Below are positions 40,031 to 50,850 of a DNA stretch of 64,000 nucleotides, piece by piece (within the stretch, counting starts at the first letter, position 1; every line of letters starts with the position of its first letter). The stretch is from positions 9,100,898 through 9,164,897 of the forward strand of contig MU054212.1 of NCBI GenBank assembly GCA_013239625.1, given 5' to 3'. The position numbers and the translations under genes are program-made. This stretch comes from Lama guanicoe (taxonomy: Eukaryota). The notes under the pieces are model-generated. The model did not search any database, was not told the DNA's origin, and saw nothing but the letters and a program-made list of their open reading frames with translations.

Positions 40031-43000
40031 CTAAGTAGAAGCCAGAGGTACCATTTTGTATCTTTTAAAACACATTAAATAAAATACCATGAGATCTACT
40101 CAGCCAATGAATTCTATCAGATTTTTTATGTTTAATCTTTCCAAATTACTTAAATGAAGATGTGTTTTATTAATAGAAGTTTGGATTAAAACTAATTTCG
40201 TGATGCAGTTAATGATAACAGATTGAAGGAAAAACAGCTAAAGTTTACTGGTCTAATATGAAAACTGAATATTAGAAATAACCTTTTAAAACTGTTACTG
40301 AATTTTTTATTATTATAAAAGTAATATATTCTCTCTGTATAAAAAGTTTAGAAATGCAAAAAAGTAAAAACCATCTGAAATGCTACTACATAAAGATTAA
40401 TTTTGTACATTTCCAATTTTGGGGGAAATTTTCTTACAGTTAACTCAAAATATAGTATAAGCATTTTCCTGTGTTATTATGGTATGTTAAAAATAACACT
40501 TCATGCCTGTGTAATATTTAGTCATATGAATGAATGTACTATATAATTTGATTTTTCTTATATTATAAAATCAAATTGTTTCTGATTATGTACTATATTC
40601 AAAGAGCTTCTTTGTTTCTTCATGAAAACATATTTGGTGAATGAGGTTGGGTTTGAATTTCTTCCATGTTTATCAATATATCATTAGGTAAGATTTTTTA
40701 AATTCCACAGGTTTTAATAGCAGATTTAAGTAACATTTCTGTTAGAGATACTGTGGGTACAAAGCACCCGCCTCCCCTTTAGGGATGTTGTTCTCCTGCT
40801 GATTATTTGGCTGTGCACACCCAGAAAACGAATTCTTGATTTGATCTCTTGGATACCCTTCCCGAGGACAATCTCAGTGGAAGGAAAGAAAAAAAAATGA
40901 AGTTTGACTAGTCATTGTTTAGAAAGAAGGAGAAACCACGGTTTCAAGCCAGACCTTACAGGAGCCTGCATGCTGAGGTCCCCATGGTCCAGGATGGGTC
41001 TCCAGCCACGGGGCTGGAACAGCAGTTTCTTCATCCACTCTGTGATGATCGGCTTCAGGGAGCTGATTTTGTGGTAGGAATCACAGCTCTCCAGAGGCTT
41101 GTTGATAACCCAGAGTGACAGCTTCCTAATTTATGTCGACATGATCCCCAAGAATGGGAAAAGCAGGAGCAGGGTGGGACTTTGACCCTTCTGCCCTTGT
41201 AGGGCTTGTGGCCCAGGACTAGCAGCTGTGTTCTAACAGCTGGAGAGAGTGGGAATGGGTGGTTCTATTATGGAATAAAATCTGGGGGGATGTAAACAGC
41301 CCAGAGTAGCCAGTGTGCTGTTCCTCGGGAAGAGATGTCCTAGAAGAGGTGGGTGGACAGGAGGACCGAAAACAGCATGGACCTCCTGGGCCACCCCGGG
41401 AGTAGCCTGCTGACCCAAGTCTGCCTCCGCCAGCGCTGCTCACCCCCATGCCTGCAGCCTCCCACCACCTGCCAGTGCACACGTGCCCTCCCGCTCCAAG
41501 GAGATGTGCACCAACTGCCAAACTCTTGCTAACAGCTCACCGTTCCTGAGGTTTGGTTGTTCTCCACTGTCATGTTTCCCACGCTGGTTATTAACGTAAG
41601 AAAGGTTTTTAGCATTGATTATTGTTCGGAAAAGAATATCACATTCCCCCAAGGCTTTTTGTTTTTGCACCAGAGGGAAAGATGGGGTTCCCCATAGTAC
41701 AGTAGAAAAAATCAGAGCAGCCTGTGTTTTTCTTGGACTTCCTTCCTCCAGAAATTCGCTGTGTGACAAGTTGCATAGCCGCCTAGAACGTGAGATTTTG
41801 CATCTGAAGATGAGGATGTCACTCAGTGGGAAAGTACCCACCCTGGTTGACTTCCCTCCTTCATTTTGCAGATACTGTCAAGGTGTTCCTGAAGGCAGTG
41901 TTTCGGTGAGGGTTTTCAGTAATCCTTAGCCATAGCAGAGTGGATTTGTATTACCTGTTATCAACGATCTCTTCATAATTACATTGAATATCCTAAGGGA
42001 AAGTTAAGAAAAGTGGACTTTTTTTGGTCTTGTCCACTTTTAGTCATTATTCTTTGAGGAAATTAAGCCCCAGGATTTGTCTCAATAGAAGAAAATGTTC
42101 ACTTGTGGCATTGCTTATTCCTTTGACATTTATTTAAATTATTTTTGAATGATCTTCTATATTTTACATTCTGCAAGATTTCCTACCACTAACTAGTAAA
42201 AATTTAAGGGCATCCCAGCCTCGCACTCAGCTACTGCATCAGTCACCAGGTTGATTCCCTTTCTGCAGATTGCATTGGGTCATAAACAGGCTGGCCGTCA
42301 GGCCCTGAGGTCACAGCACATGGACCTGGTGCAGGTGACCTCCTGTCCTGGCAGATGTGTCCACACCGCTCCCCCACAGACACCTGAAAGCCGCGGCTCA
42401 GAGCTCTGTACTCAGGGGATGTATTTGGGTCCATCCTTTACCTCACTTTGCAGACGGTGTCATAGAAGGGGAGAGATTTGGAGCCCAGGGTATCTGTTTG
42501 ATAAGCAGTTGCAAAGCCCTTAGGGCTCATTGTGAGCTTGTTGCTCAGGAATTCCGAGTTTAAGTATATGCCTTAGGAATAAAATGTTTAAGAAGTCACT
42601 TAAATTGTGTTGTCGTTGTTAAAACACCCAGCACGTTCTTAGTGCTGGTGAGTTTGTAAATAATGAGACAAAGCTTCATGGATCGAGTTACCTTACAATC
42701 TCTAGTTCAGTTTTAATAACCAGCTGTCACTTCTTTAACATATTTATGCTTTTTTAGAGAAAACAACTAGAATGAAGCATGTCTTTCTAACCCTCTTTGT
42801 AATTTAAATCATGAGGGTTGGAAATTGTTTTCTTTTCATGGTTGCTGAGTTTTTAGAAGAGAAGTAGGAATTTGGAGATTTGGGGGACTAATTTTATTTC
42901 TACTTAATAAGCAGCATATTTGACCTGCTAATTCTAGTTCCTGATTTTCTCTAAGTCCAGTAAAACATGAGGGGAGTTCCAGTTTGCTTTTAGGTGCAGA

Positions 43001-43589
43001 ATTATCTAGAAACTGCCTTTCATACCTTTCCCATCCATCTGGTACGTGCATTTTATTTAAAACCTAGACACCCCAGTTCTGTACAGGCTGACCCCAAGCC
43101 CTCCCTGTGGGTTGACCCAGAAAATTAAAAAAACAAAACAAAAAACAAAAACGGCCAAGCACCGCATGGACATCATCCTCCTGCTCTCAGTCCCCGCCTC
43201 CCTGACACGGAGGGGCCACTGGAGTCTGGACTTGTTCCCGCAGTCTGGGGGCTCGGTCCTCTGACTGCAGCCCTTGACCTGAGAAGTGCTACGTCCCCGG
43301 GCCGTCAGGCGTCCCTGTTCCTCTGAAGACTCGTGGCCTCTGTGCTGTGCTGTGTAGGAGCAGAGAGTGAAGGTGACAGCACAGTGGAGGGGAGGGCTCA
43401 GCCCAGCTGCCCCCAGAGTCGAGAGCACAGGTCACAGCGGGCTGCGTGTTCCTGTCCTGGTACAGAGGGGTGTCTCGGATTCCTGTTAGAACCCGTGATT
43501 TAGCTCCATGCTTTTAAAACAATGTAACACGTAATTTATTATAATGTTCAGCACTAAAATAGAGTTCTAATTTTTTTAGAATGTGATTA

Positions 43590-44251
43590 TAGTTGACGCT
43601 TGAATTACATGGAGGTTAGGGTCACAGACTCTGCAAGGAGTCAAAATCCATGTATAAATTATAGTCAGCTCTCTGTATTTGCGGTTCCTCTGTATCCACA
43701 GTTCTGTATCCATGGTTCTGCAACCTTGGATCATGTGCTGCTGTAGTATTTACTTAAAAAATTTTTTTCTTATTGAAGTATAGTTGATTTACAATGTTAG
43801 TTTCAAGTGTACAGCAAAGTGATTCAGTTACACATATACATACGTATATATATTCTTTTCAGATTCTTTTCCATCATATGTTATTATAAGAAATTGAATA
43901 TAGTTCCCTGTACTCTACAGTAGGTCCCTGTTGTTTACCTATTTTGTATATAGTAATGTGTGTTGTTAACCCCCAACCCCTAATTTATCCCTCCCACCCT
44001 TTCCTCTTTGGTAACCATAACTTGTTTTCTATGTCCCTGAGTTTGTTTTTAGTTTGTAAATAGAATTTGTATCTTTTTTTTTTAGATTCCAGATATGAGT
44101 AATATCATATGATATTTGTCTTTCTCTGTCTGACTGACTTCACTCAGTATATTCATCTCTGGGCCCATCCATGTTGCTGCAAATGGCGTTACTTACTTTC
44201 AAAGAAAAATCTGTATATAAGTAGACTCATGTGTTATTCAAGGGTCGACTA
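43590..44251. mobile_element. Tigger2-like non-autonomous DNA transposon, split by an L1 insertion
   Basis: Terminal inverted repeats tagttgacgcttgaattacatg (43590) and catgtgttattcaagggtcgacta (ending 44251), both flanked by TA. Confidence 0.8.
43756..44189 (-). mobile_element. Artiodactyl-type L1 3' end (ORF2 tail plus 3'UTR), 5'-truncated
   Basis: attgaagtatagttgatttacaatgttagtttcaagtgtacagcaaagtgattcag...tttagattccagatatgagt...catccatgttgctgcaaatggc. Flanks tatttactt / tacttactt. Confidence 0.88.
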
Positions 44252-46539
44252 TATATAAAAAGTAGGTAATGTGTATCCCAAAGGCTGAATCTAGACTCCC
44301 AGTGTGTTTCTTCCACCCCTAAAAAAGTGGGCTTATTCGTGTAGTCAGGAACCCAAAGATTTTCCCAGGGCCCTCCTGCTCCCTGGAGGCCTAGGAGGCT
44401 GGGTGGCCCAGCCAGCTCTGATCCTGTCCCACTGACTCTCCTCCCCTCCAGACGGGCTCTGCTCTGGGAAGTGCCGTCTGTCCTCAGCAGCCAGGCTCTG
44501 AGGGCCTCCCACACGGGCACCACCCTCAGGTATCAGGTGTGGAGGTGTTCCGGGTCCTCTCTGCACCACAAGGCAGGGCTTGCTTACCCCCTCACGGACC
44601 CTCGCTGGGTGCTGGGCATCTGGAAGGCACTCAGGAAGTTGAAAGAAGCAGCAGAGCCTCTTGGGACTGGGAGGGGCCCCATGTGGGCTCAGCCAGCGCA
44701 CCCCTCTCCAGGAGCTGAATTTGTTCCCCTGTAGGCTCAGCACGTGGCCACTCAGAGCCTCCGGACTTGGGGCATTCGCTCCCCCTGTGTGTCTTTTGTC
44801 TTTGAACCACGGCCTCGGAGGCTGACTCCGTTTTTAACTCTTTTGAGACTGGTTGCTTTATCTTCCCAAGCGATTGATGCACCAGAAGAATGAGAATGAG
44901 TTCTTACTGATTTTCCCCCGGTGCTAGAGGGATAGGCAGGTGTGTGAGCCTGTGAGTCCTTGCAATGAGACCCCTCATCAGAACATGCAGAGCTGAAAAT
45001 CTTGGCTTTCGCTGCCACAGTTCTTAGAGAAGCCTCGGTGTCTGAGCCGCGCAGTAGCGTGTGTCCTCTTGTCCCCACCCTCCTCCGTCGCAATCCTCCC
45101 TCCTGCTGCCCCGGTGGGCCTGCCTCCCCTCCTCTACCACTGGCCTCTGGTTTGCCTCTTCTCCGCAGATGTGGGCTGGGGATCTCCATGGCCTCCACTC
45201 CTGTTAGAATGTGTCCAAAGTAAGCTCAGTGGCACCCAGTGTGGATTTTCAAGAGCCTTGAGCTGGAGCAGCGTGTTCGAACTTGGAGGAGTGGATGCGT
45301 GACCTCCACTGTGGCTGCTCCAAGGCTCTGGAGGTTTCTGATAGCATTCCAGATACTTGAGGGCATCAGAATAAGTGGTTTCTGGATAAATGAGGGCTTG
45401 ATGTAGAACTCCTGAAGTCAGGTACTTTTATTACTTTCAAGTCTATGCAGTCATTAACATTAACTGAGGCATTTCCGAGGCGGAGTCCTGCTGGATGTAT
45501 TTTGATGATTAGTTAGGGCATGCTTGCAATTAGTACTGTTCATTTCCATAAAATTAACGAGCTAATGCTCTTTTTTTCTAAAGTACTTTAGCTACCTGTG
45601 ATTAATTTTACATAGAAAGGCTTCCAAATATACATAAATGCAAACTTAGACTCAGTAGCAGCCAAATTCATAGAAACCTAAAATCAAGAAACAGAAGAGT
45701 TTAGGGATTTTTTTTAAAAAGCACATAATTTCAGTGCCAAAAGATCTCTGTAAGCAGAGCCTTGATAGCAAAGGAGCAGACAACATGAACAGGCATGTTG
45801 AGACGAACAGAAAAAGAAGATTTTGTGAGAAAATAGTGGTTTCTTCCCTAGAGAGGCTCGTCAGGGAGAGAGTGGCTGGGGGATTCTGGGTCCCTGGGAC
45901 CACAAAGATGCCCAGAGGGAACCTGGATGAGCCGGGCATGTGGGGGCCCTGCTGAGACCCGCGGGTGGGGAAGGGGGTGGGCTGGGCACCTGCCAGGTTC
46001 TTCCCCACGAAGGCACTGAGGAGGCTTAAACCACATAATAACAGTCCACCCGCTGAGGAGGTCGTCAAGCCTAGACTTGCTGGGTTGTTTTATTTACTTG
46101 AAAATATGTTTTCAGCTCTGAGTGTACAAAGATAGCACAGTTCACTGTGCCATGCGCCCCCCAGCCTCGCGGTTGTTGAGAAGAATACTCTGGACTTCAG
46201 TCTGTTCCCAGTTAGGGAGAGTGGAGGACCGAATTCGGGACTCGGGTTGTCAAGGTGAACGTGCTCAAGAGCTCAAAGCCCTCGGAGGAAGGCAGCTCTC
46301 CCTCTGTGACAAGGACGCCACCATGAGAAGCCTGAGGCCCCGCGTGGCCTCCGAGCAGCGGTGGCCGCCCTGGCCTGGCTGAGGCCCGGGGTGGAGTGGG
46401 GCGTGGCGGCGGCGGGCCCGGGGGTGGGGGGGCTTGGTCCACACACGTAAGGGGCTGCACTGGCACGACAAGCCCCCATGCAAGGCGCCCCACTGGCCTG
46501 CCCTCCACGTGTGGGGCTGACCCAGCAGCTCCTCAGAGG

Positions 46540-47900
46540 CAGATCCTGTTTCCTGTGTGTCAGAAAACCGCGTCTCTGCCACCAGGTAGCTTACGTTCTA
46601 GTCGGGGGTGGGGGTGACAGAGGACAAACACGTATGTCAGTTTCAGGTCCCGATAAAGGATGTGAAGGAAATAAAAACAGGATGATGTGAGTGGTCCAGG
46701 GGCTTCTTTAGATGAAATGGCCAGGAGGGGACATTTCTCTGATCTGAAAGGTAAGGAAAGGCCAGACCTGCGGTGACCGGTGAGGGACTAGCCAACAAGA
46801 AGTCTCCAAGTCATGTACAGGCTTCAGGATGTGACACACGTGTAGTCACATGACGAAGGAAAGGCAGGTGGTTGGAGCAGCTGGGTAGAGTCCGAGAGCT
46901 CAGCCAGGCCTGCAGGAGTGGCTCCCACCCTGATGGGACGCAGAGTGAGTGGCGGGTTCCAAGTGCCAGGGTCACTCTCTGGCTGTGATTTGGAGAGTGG
47001 ACTTCAGGTTGACAAGCCCAGAAGTACTTGGGAGGCTCCCACGGTGGTCTGGGGCGAACAGGGAGACAGCGACGTGGATGGAGTCAGGGCAGGCACAGCT
47101 CCTACAGCCCGGCAGACGGAGTCACGGTGGGGTTGGGTGGGAAAGGGCAGGGGGACTCCCATGTGCACGCGGTGGATGGTGGGCCTTGTCCTGAGATGGG
47201 GACTGTGGAAGTGGTCGCCAGGCTGGAATGAGCATGAGGGCAGATCACGAGTTCTCTTCTGGCCACGTTGAATTTGAGGTGCCTGTGAGCATTTGAGTGG
47301 TGATGTCCAGGGGCCAGGCCTGCAGAGCATTGAGCCACAGATGGGTTTTAAAACTCAGCGCCTGGATGAGTGCATCTAGAGAGAGCGTGTGGGAAGGGAG
47401 CAGGGACAGGCGTGAACACCGAGGCCGTCCCACACCTAGAGGTCGAGCTCCTTAGAAGGAGCCAGCAAGAGTAGCCACTCAGGTAGGAGACAGTGGAAGG
47501 CCATGGCAGAAGGAAATTGTTTCGGGAGGGAGCGATTAATTGTGTCACGTACTGCTGAGAGTTGAGCTAAAACGAATGTAGAAAAGTAAGCATTGGACAA
47601 CATGGAAGCATCGGCAGCCTTGACGAGAGGAACTGAATTTGCATGGTGGTGATGGAAGCCCGACCACACTGGGTGGAGGAGATGGTGGGAGGTGGAGATG
47701 GGGAGTGTGGCAGCTCTTTTGTGTTTTCCTAGAAAGAGGAGCTGAGAACCACAGCACAGGCTGGAGAGAGATGTGGAGTCAAGGAAGAGACATATGGTTT
47801 ACTAGGGAAGTGTGACAGAGGAGAAGGGCCAAGGGGCAGAGGCGGTTGTGTGAATTGGAGAAATGACTTGGGTGGGTGTAGTTTTACACTGTTTCCTGTG
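46540..47900 (-). mobile_element. L2 (LINE2) segment
   Basis: tagcttacgttctagtcgggg..., gttgaatttgaggtgcctgtgagcatttgagtggtgatgtccagg, cattggacaacatggaagcatcggcagccttgacgagag. Confidence 0.8.
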
Positions 47901-48629
47901 GTGGGCGGGATGCTCCAAGTCCCCTGGAAGGTCAATGTGTGTCCCTAGTATTTTGATGTGAGCAGGTGCCTACAGGAGGCACTGGGTGTTTCTTGGCTGC
48001 AGAGCAAATGGAGAGCCTGGGGCCGATTCTCCCCAGCCCCGATGACGGAGGTGAGGGGACGTGGTTGATGGGCTGGTCACTGGGGTTTTCATTCATTCAG
48101 TGAGCAGACATCACTGAGCCCACTGTCTGCCAAGTGTAGTCCCGGGCCCTGCAGACACGACGCAGATCAGCCCCTCTCCCCTTGAAGGTGCTTTCTGCCC
48201 CAGGGGGTGATGGGACACTGCCCACCCACCTGCTTTCAGGGGAGGAGCAGCCCGAGGAGGCAGGTTTGCTGTTTCTGGGACATAAGAATCGAACCTGTTT
48301 CCAGGAGGTGGCTGGTGTGTGAGTTCCTTGAGGAGGGGGTTCTTGAAAAGAAGTGGGGTGCAGGAAAGGAGATTGTGGGTGCAGGTTGCAGCAGCAGCAC
48401 CTGGGGAAATGGGTGGAGAGCTGACCTGGAAACCCCCAAGACTGCCGGTCCCTGCAACCCCTGGCTGGCTGAACTGAGTTAGGATCTGTGGCAGCTTCAG
48501 TTGGGAGATTGGGGAATTTCTCTGGGTAAGTGACCTGTGGCCTGTGGAAGGAGGGGTCTCCTGGGCTGCATACGGTTCCTCACGAGTGCGGTGCCCTGGG
48601 CCCAGGACTGCCAGAACCCAAGCGGCAAT

Positions 48630-48930
48630 TTTCAGAACTTGGTTCAGGTTCCTGCTTACTGGGCTCGCTGTTGTGACCTTGGACAAGTCATTTAACCTGC
48701 TCTGCTTGCTTCCTCACCAGAAAAATTACCTACTCCAGATAAAATGAAGTAACTGACCACCTCATTTGTTAGGAGACCACTGGGGTGAGCTCTGGGGCCA
48801 AGGGTTCGAATTCTGGGTCTGACTCTAGTTGTGCGATCTTGGGTGGGGTACTCTGTGCCTTGGTTTTCTGATCTGTGCAATGGGGATAATACCAGTGCCT
48901 GCCTTCTGAGGCATCCGATAATCCGCCTAA
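48630..48930 (+). mobile_element. Two tandem MIR fragments just upstream of the 49050 exon
   Basis: tgtgaccttggacaagtcatttaacct... and gggttcgaattctgggtctgactctagttgtgcgatcttggg...atctgtgcaatggggataatacc. Confidence 0.7.
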
Positions 48931-49049
48931 TTGCTAAGAAGAGCGGCTGGGCCGTTTCCAGCGCTGGATGCCAGCTCCTGTTAGGACGGAGCCTTGAGGC
49001 GTTCCTGCCGTGGCTGAAGCGCCACTTTGGCTTTCTCTTCTCTGTGCAG

Positions 49050-49161
49050 TTCCGCCTGGTGGTGAAGACAGCCCTGAAGCTGCTGCTGGTCTTTGTGGAG
49101 TACTCGGAGTCCAACGCGCCTCTTCTGATTCAGGCCATTTCTGCGGTTGACACAAAAAGAG
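49050..49161 (+). CDS. FHOD3: FHOD3 internal coding exon (112 nt; ~exon 7): [37 protein letters not shown](G)
   Basis: Acceptor ctttctcttctctgtgcag and donor G|gtgagt. Lies within ORF 48831..49196. Phase 0 to phase 1, continuous with both flanking exons. Confidence 0.97.
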
Positions 49162-49539
49162 GTGAGTGGTCCCTGCCACCAATTCATCAAAGTTAAAGTG
49201 TCCAATGGAAGAGGGTGTCCATTCTTCACATGTTCAAAGCAGACTTAAGAATGAACAAAATTCCCTTTGTGTGGACTTCCCACTGCAGGGAACATCTATT
49301 TTAGGAGAGTAAGTGTACAAAGATTAGGGATGGAACGTGGTTTGACAGTGAAAGAAAAACCCTCCTGGGCTTACCCAGGACAGGTCATCTTTACGCTCTG
49401 TTTTCAGCCCCCGCGACTAAACACACAGAACCAGCTCCCTCTCCTCTTTTCCTGTCATGTCGGGATCCCTCTGGCTCCCTCCTCTCCTCCCCTCACACGT
49501 ACTTTATTGGCTCTGACCCCTAGAGGTTCCTTGCATGTC

Positions 49540-49910
49540 CTCCCTTCCCTGTATCCTGTGTGCACACCATCTCCCACCTGGCGTCCCTTGCCTCCCTGAA
49601 AGGCTGCCTCCCCTCCCCTCTGCTGTTGGAGGATTCTTCTAAAACACAAATTTGGTCACATCATTCCCCATCTAAAACTTGCCAGTGGCTGCCCAGTGCC
49701 CATCTCTCAGCTGGCCTTCACCACTCCCTCCCTCCCCCGGATCAGAGGGGCAGGTGCTTCCACAGCCTCGTCCCTGCTGGGTGTTGTCCTTGCCTGTCCC
49801 TCAGGAGTGTGCACCCTGCTCGAGGGCGGGACGTCTGTATCCTCTTGGTGTCCCAGCACCTGGCTGGCCCCCAGCAGGCAGGCCTGCCCGACGTATTTGG
49901 CGAATGAGCT
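49540..49910 (+). mobile_element. L2 3' fragment
   Basis: ttctaaaacacaaatttggtcacatcattcccc...aaaacttgccagtggctgccca...gtgtcccagcacctggc...gtatttggcgaatga. Confidence 0.65.
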
Positions 49911-50273
49911 TTGGATTTGGCTTACTGAATAGCATGCCGTGGCTCCTATAATGTTGTGAAGCCTGAAGCTAAGATGGGGTTTTTTGTTTTGTCATTTAAA
50001 AAAAATTTTAGTTTTGTCCCTCAGTAGGATGTTTTTATTAATGTTACTGTCCACCAAGAACAAAAACTTGGTAATATTACATTTTTTTCTTTTTATGTTT
50101 ATGACAGTAAAACTCTGTAGAAAATTTGGGGGAAAATAAAGGCCATAAAAAAATCACTTCTAATCTCACCAGACAGAATTGTTGTTAGTGTGTATTTCCT
50201 TATGGTTTTGTGTGCGCACACACACGTGTTTATGTACAAGTCAGCTGAGGTACAACTCAAAAAGAAACGAGAA

Positions 50274-50360
50274 GGGGTAGGGTTATAGCTCAGTGGTAGA
50301 GTGCATGCTTAGCATGCACAAAGTCCTGGGTTCAATTCCTGTTATCTCCCATAAAAATAG
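50274..50360 (+). mobile_element. tRNA-derived SINE (vic-1-like), sense; tail interrupted by an L1
   Basis: ggggtagggttatagctcagtggtagagtgcatgcttagcatgcacaaagtcctgggttcaattcc. Confidence 0.92.
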
Positions 50361-50364
50361 AAAG

Positions 50365-50785
50365 ATGTTCTTTTTTTTTTTTTTAGATTCCACATATGAG
50401 CAATCTCATATGGTATTTTTCTTTCTCATTCTGGCTTGCTTCACTTAGAATGACATTCTCCAGGGACATCCATGTTGCTGCAAATGGCATTATGTTGTTG
50501 GTTTTTATGGCTGAATAGTATTCCATTGTATAAATGTCAAGGGGGTGGGGGGTGGGATGAGACAGACTGGGAGTTCGAAATTTATAGATACTGACAGGCA
50601 TATGTAGAATAGATAAACAAGATTATACTGTATAGCACAGGGAAATATATACAAGATCTTGTATAAAAAAATGCGACAGTGAATATGTGTATGTTCATGT
50701 AGAACTGAAAAATTGTGCTCTGCACTGGAAATTGATACAACATTGTAAAATGACTAAAACTCAATAAAAAATGTTAAAAAAAAAA
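50365..50785 (+). mobile_element. Young L1 3' end with 5' inversion (antisense ORF2 C-terminus ~50365-50537; sense 3'UTR plus polyA ~50538-50785)
   Basis: Minus-strand ORF 50383..50601 gives YTMEYYSAIKTNNIMPFAATWMSLENVILSEASQNEKEKYHMRLLICGI* (L1 ORF2 end). It is followed by sense 3'UTR ending caataaaaaatgttaaaaaaaaaa. Confidence 0.9.
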
Positions 50786-50850
50786 GGAAGGAAGGAAGAA
50801 AGAGGGAGAGAAGGAAGGAAAGGAGAGGAAGGAAGGAGAAGAAGGGAGAG
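50786..50850. repeat. GA-rich (GGAA-like) low-complexity tract
   Basis: ggaaggaaggaagaaagagggagagaaggaaggaaaggagagg. Confidence 0.85.

Noticed and set aside
48831..49196. 121-aa ORF as a standalone gene
   Set aside because: Only 49050-49161 is FHOD3-like and it is bounded by splice sites. The upstream part is MIR-derived or intronic.
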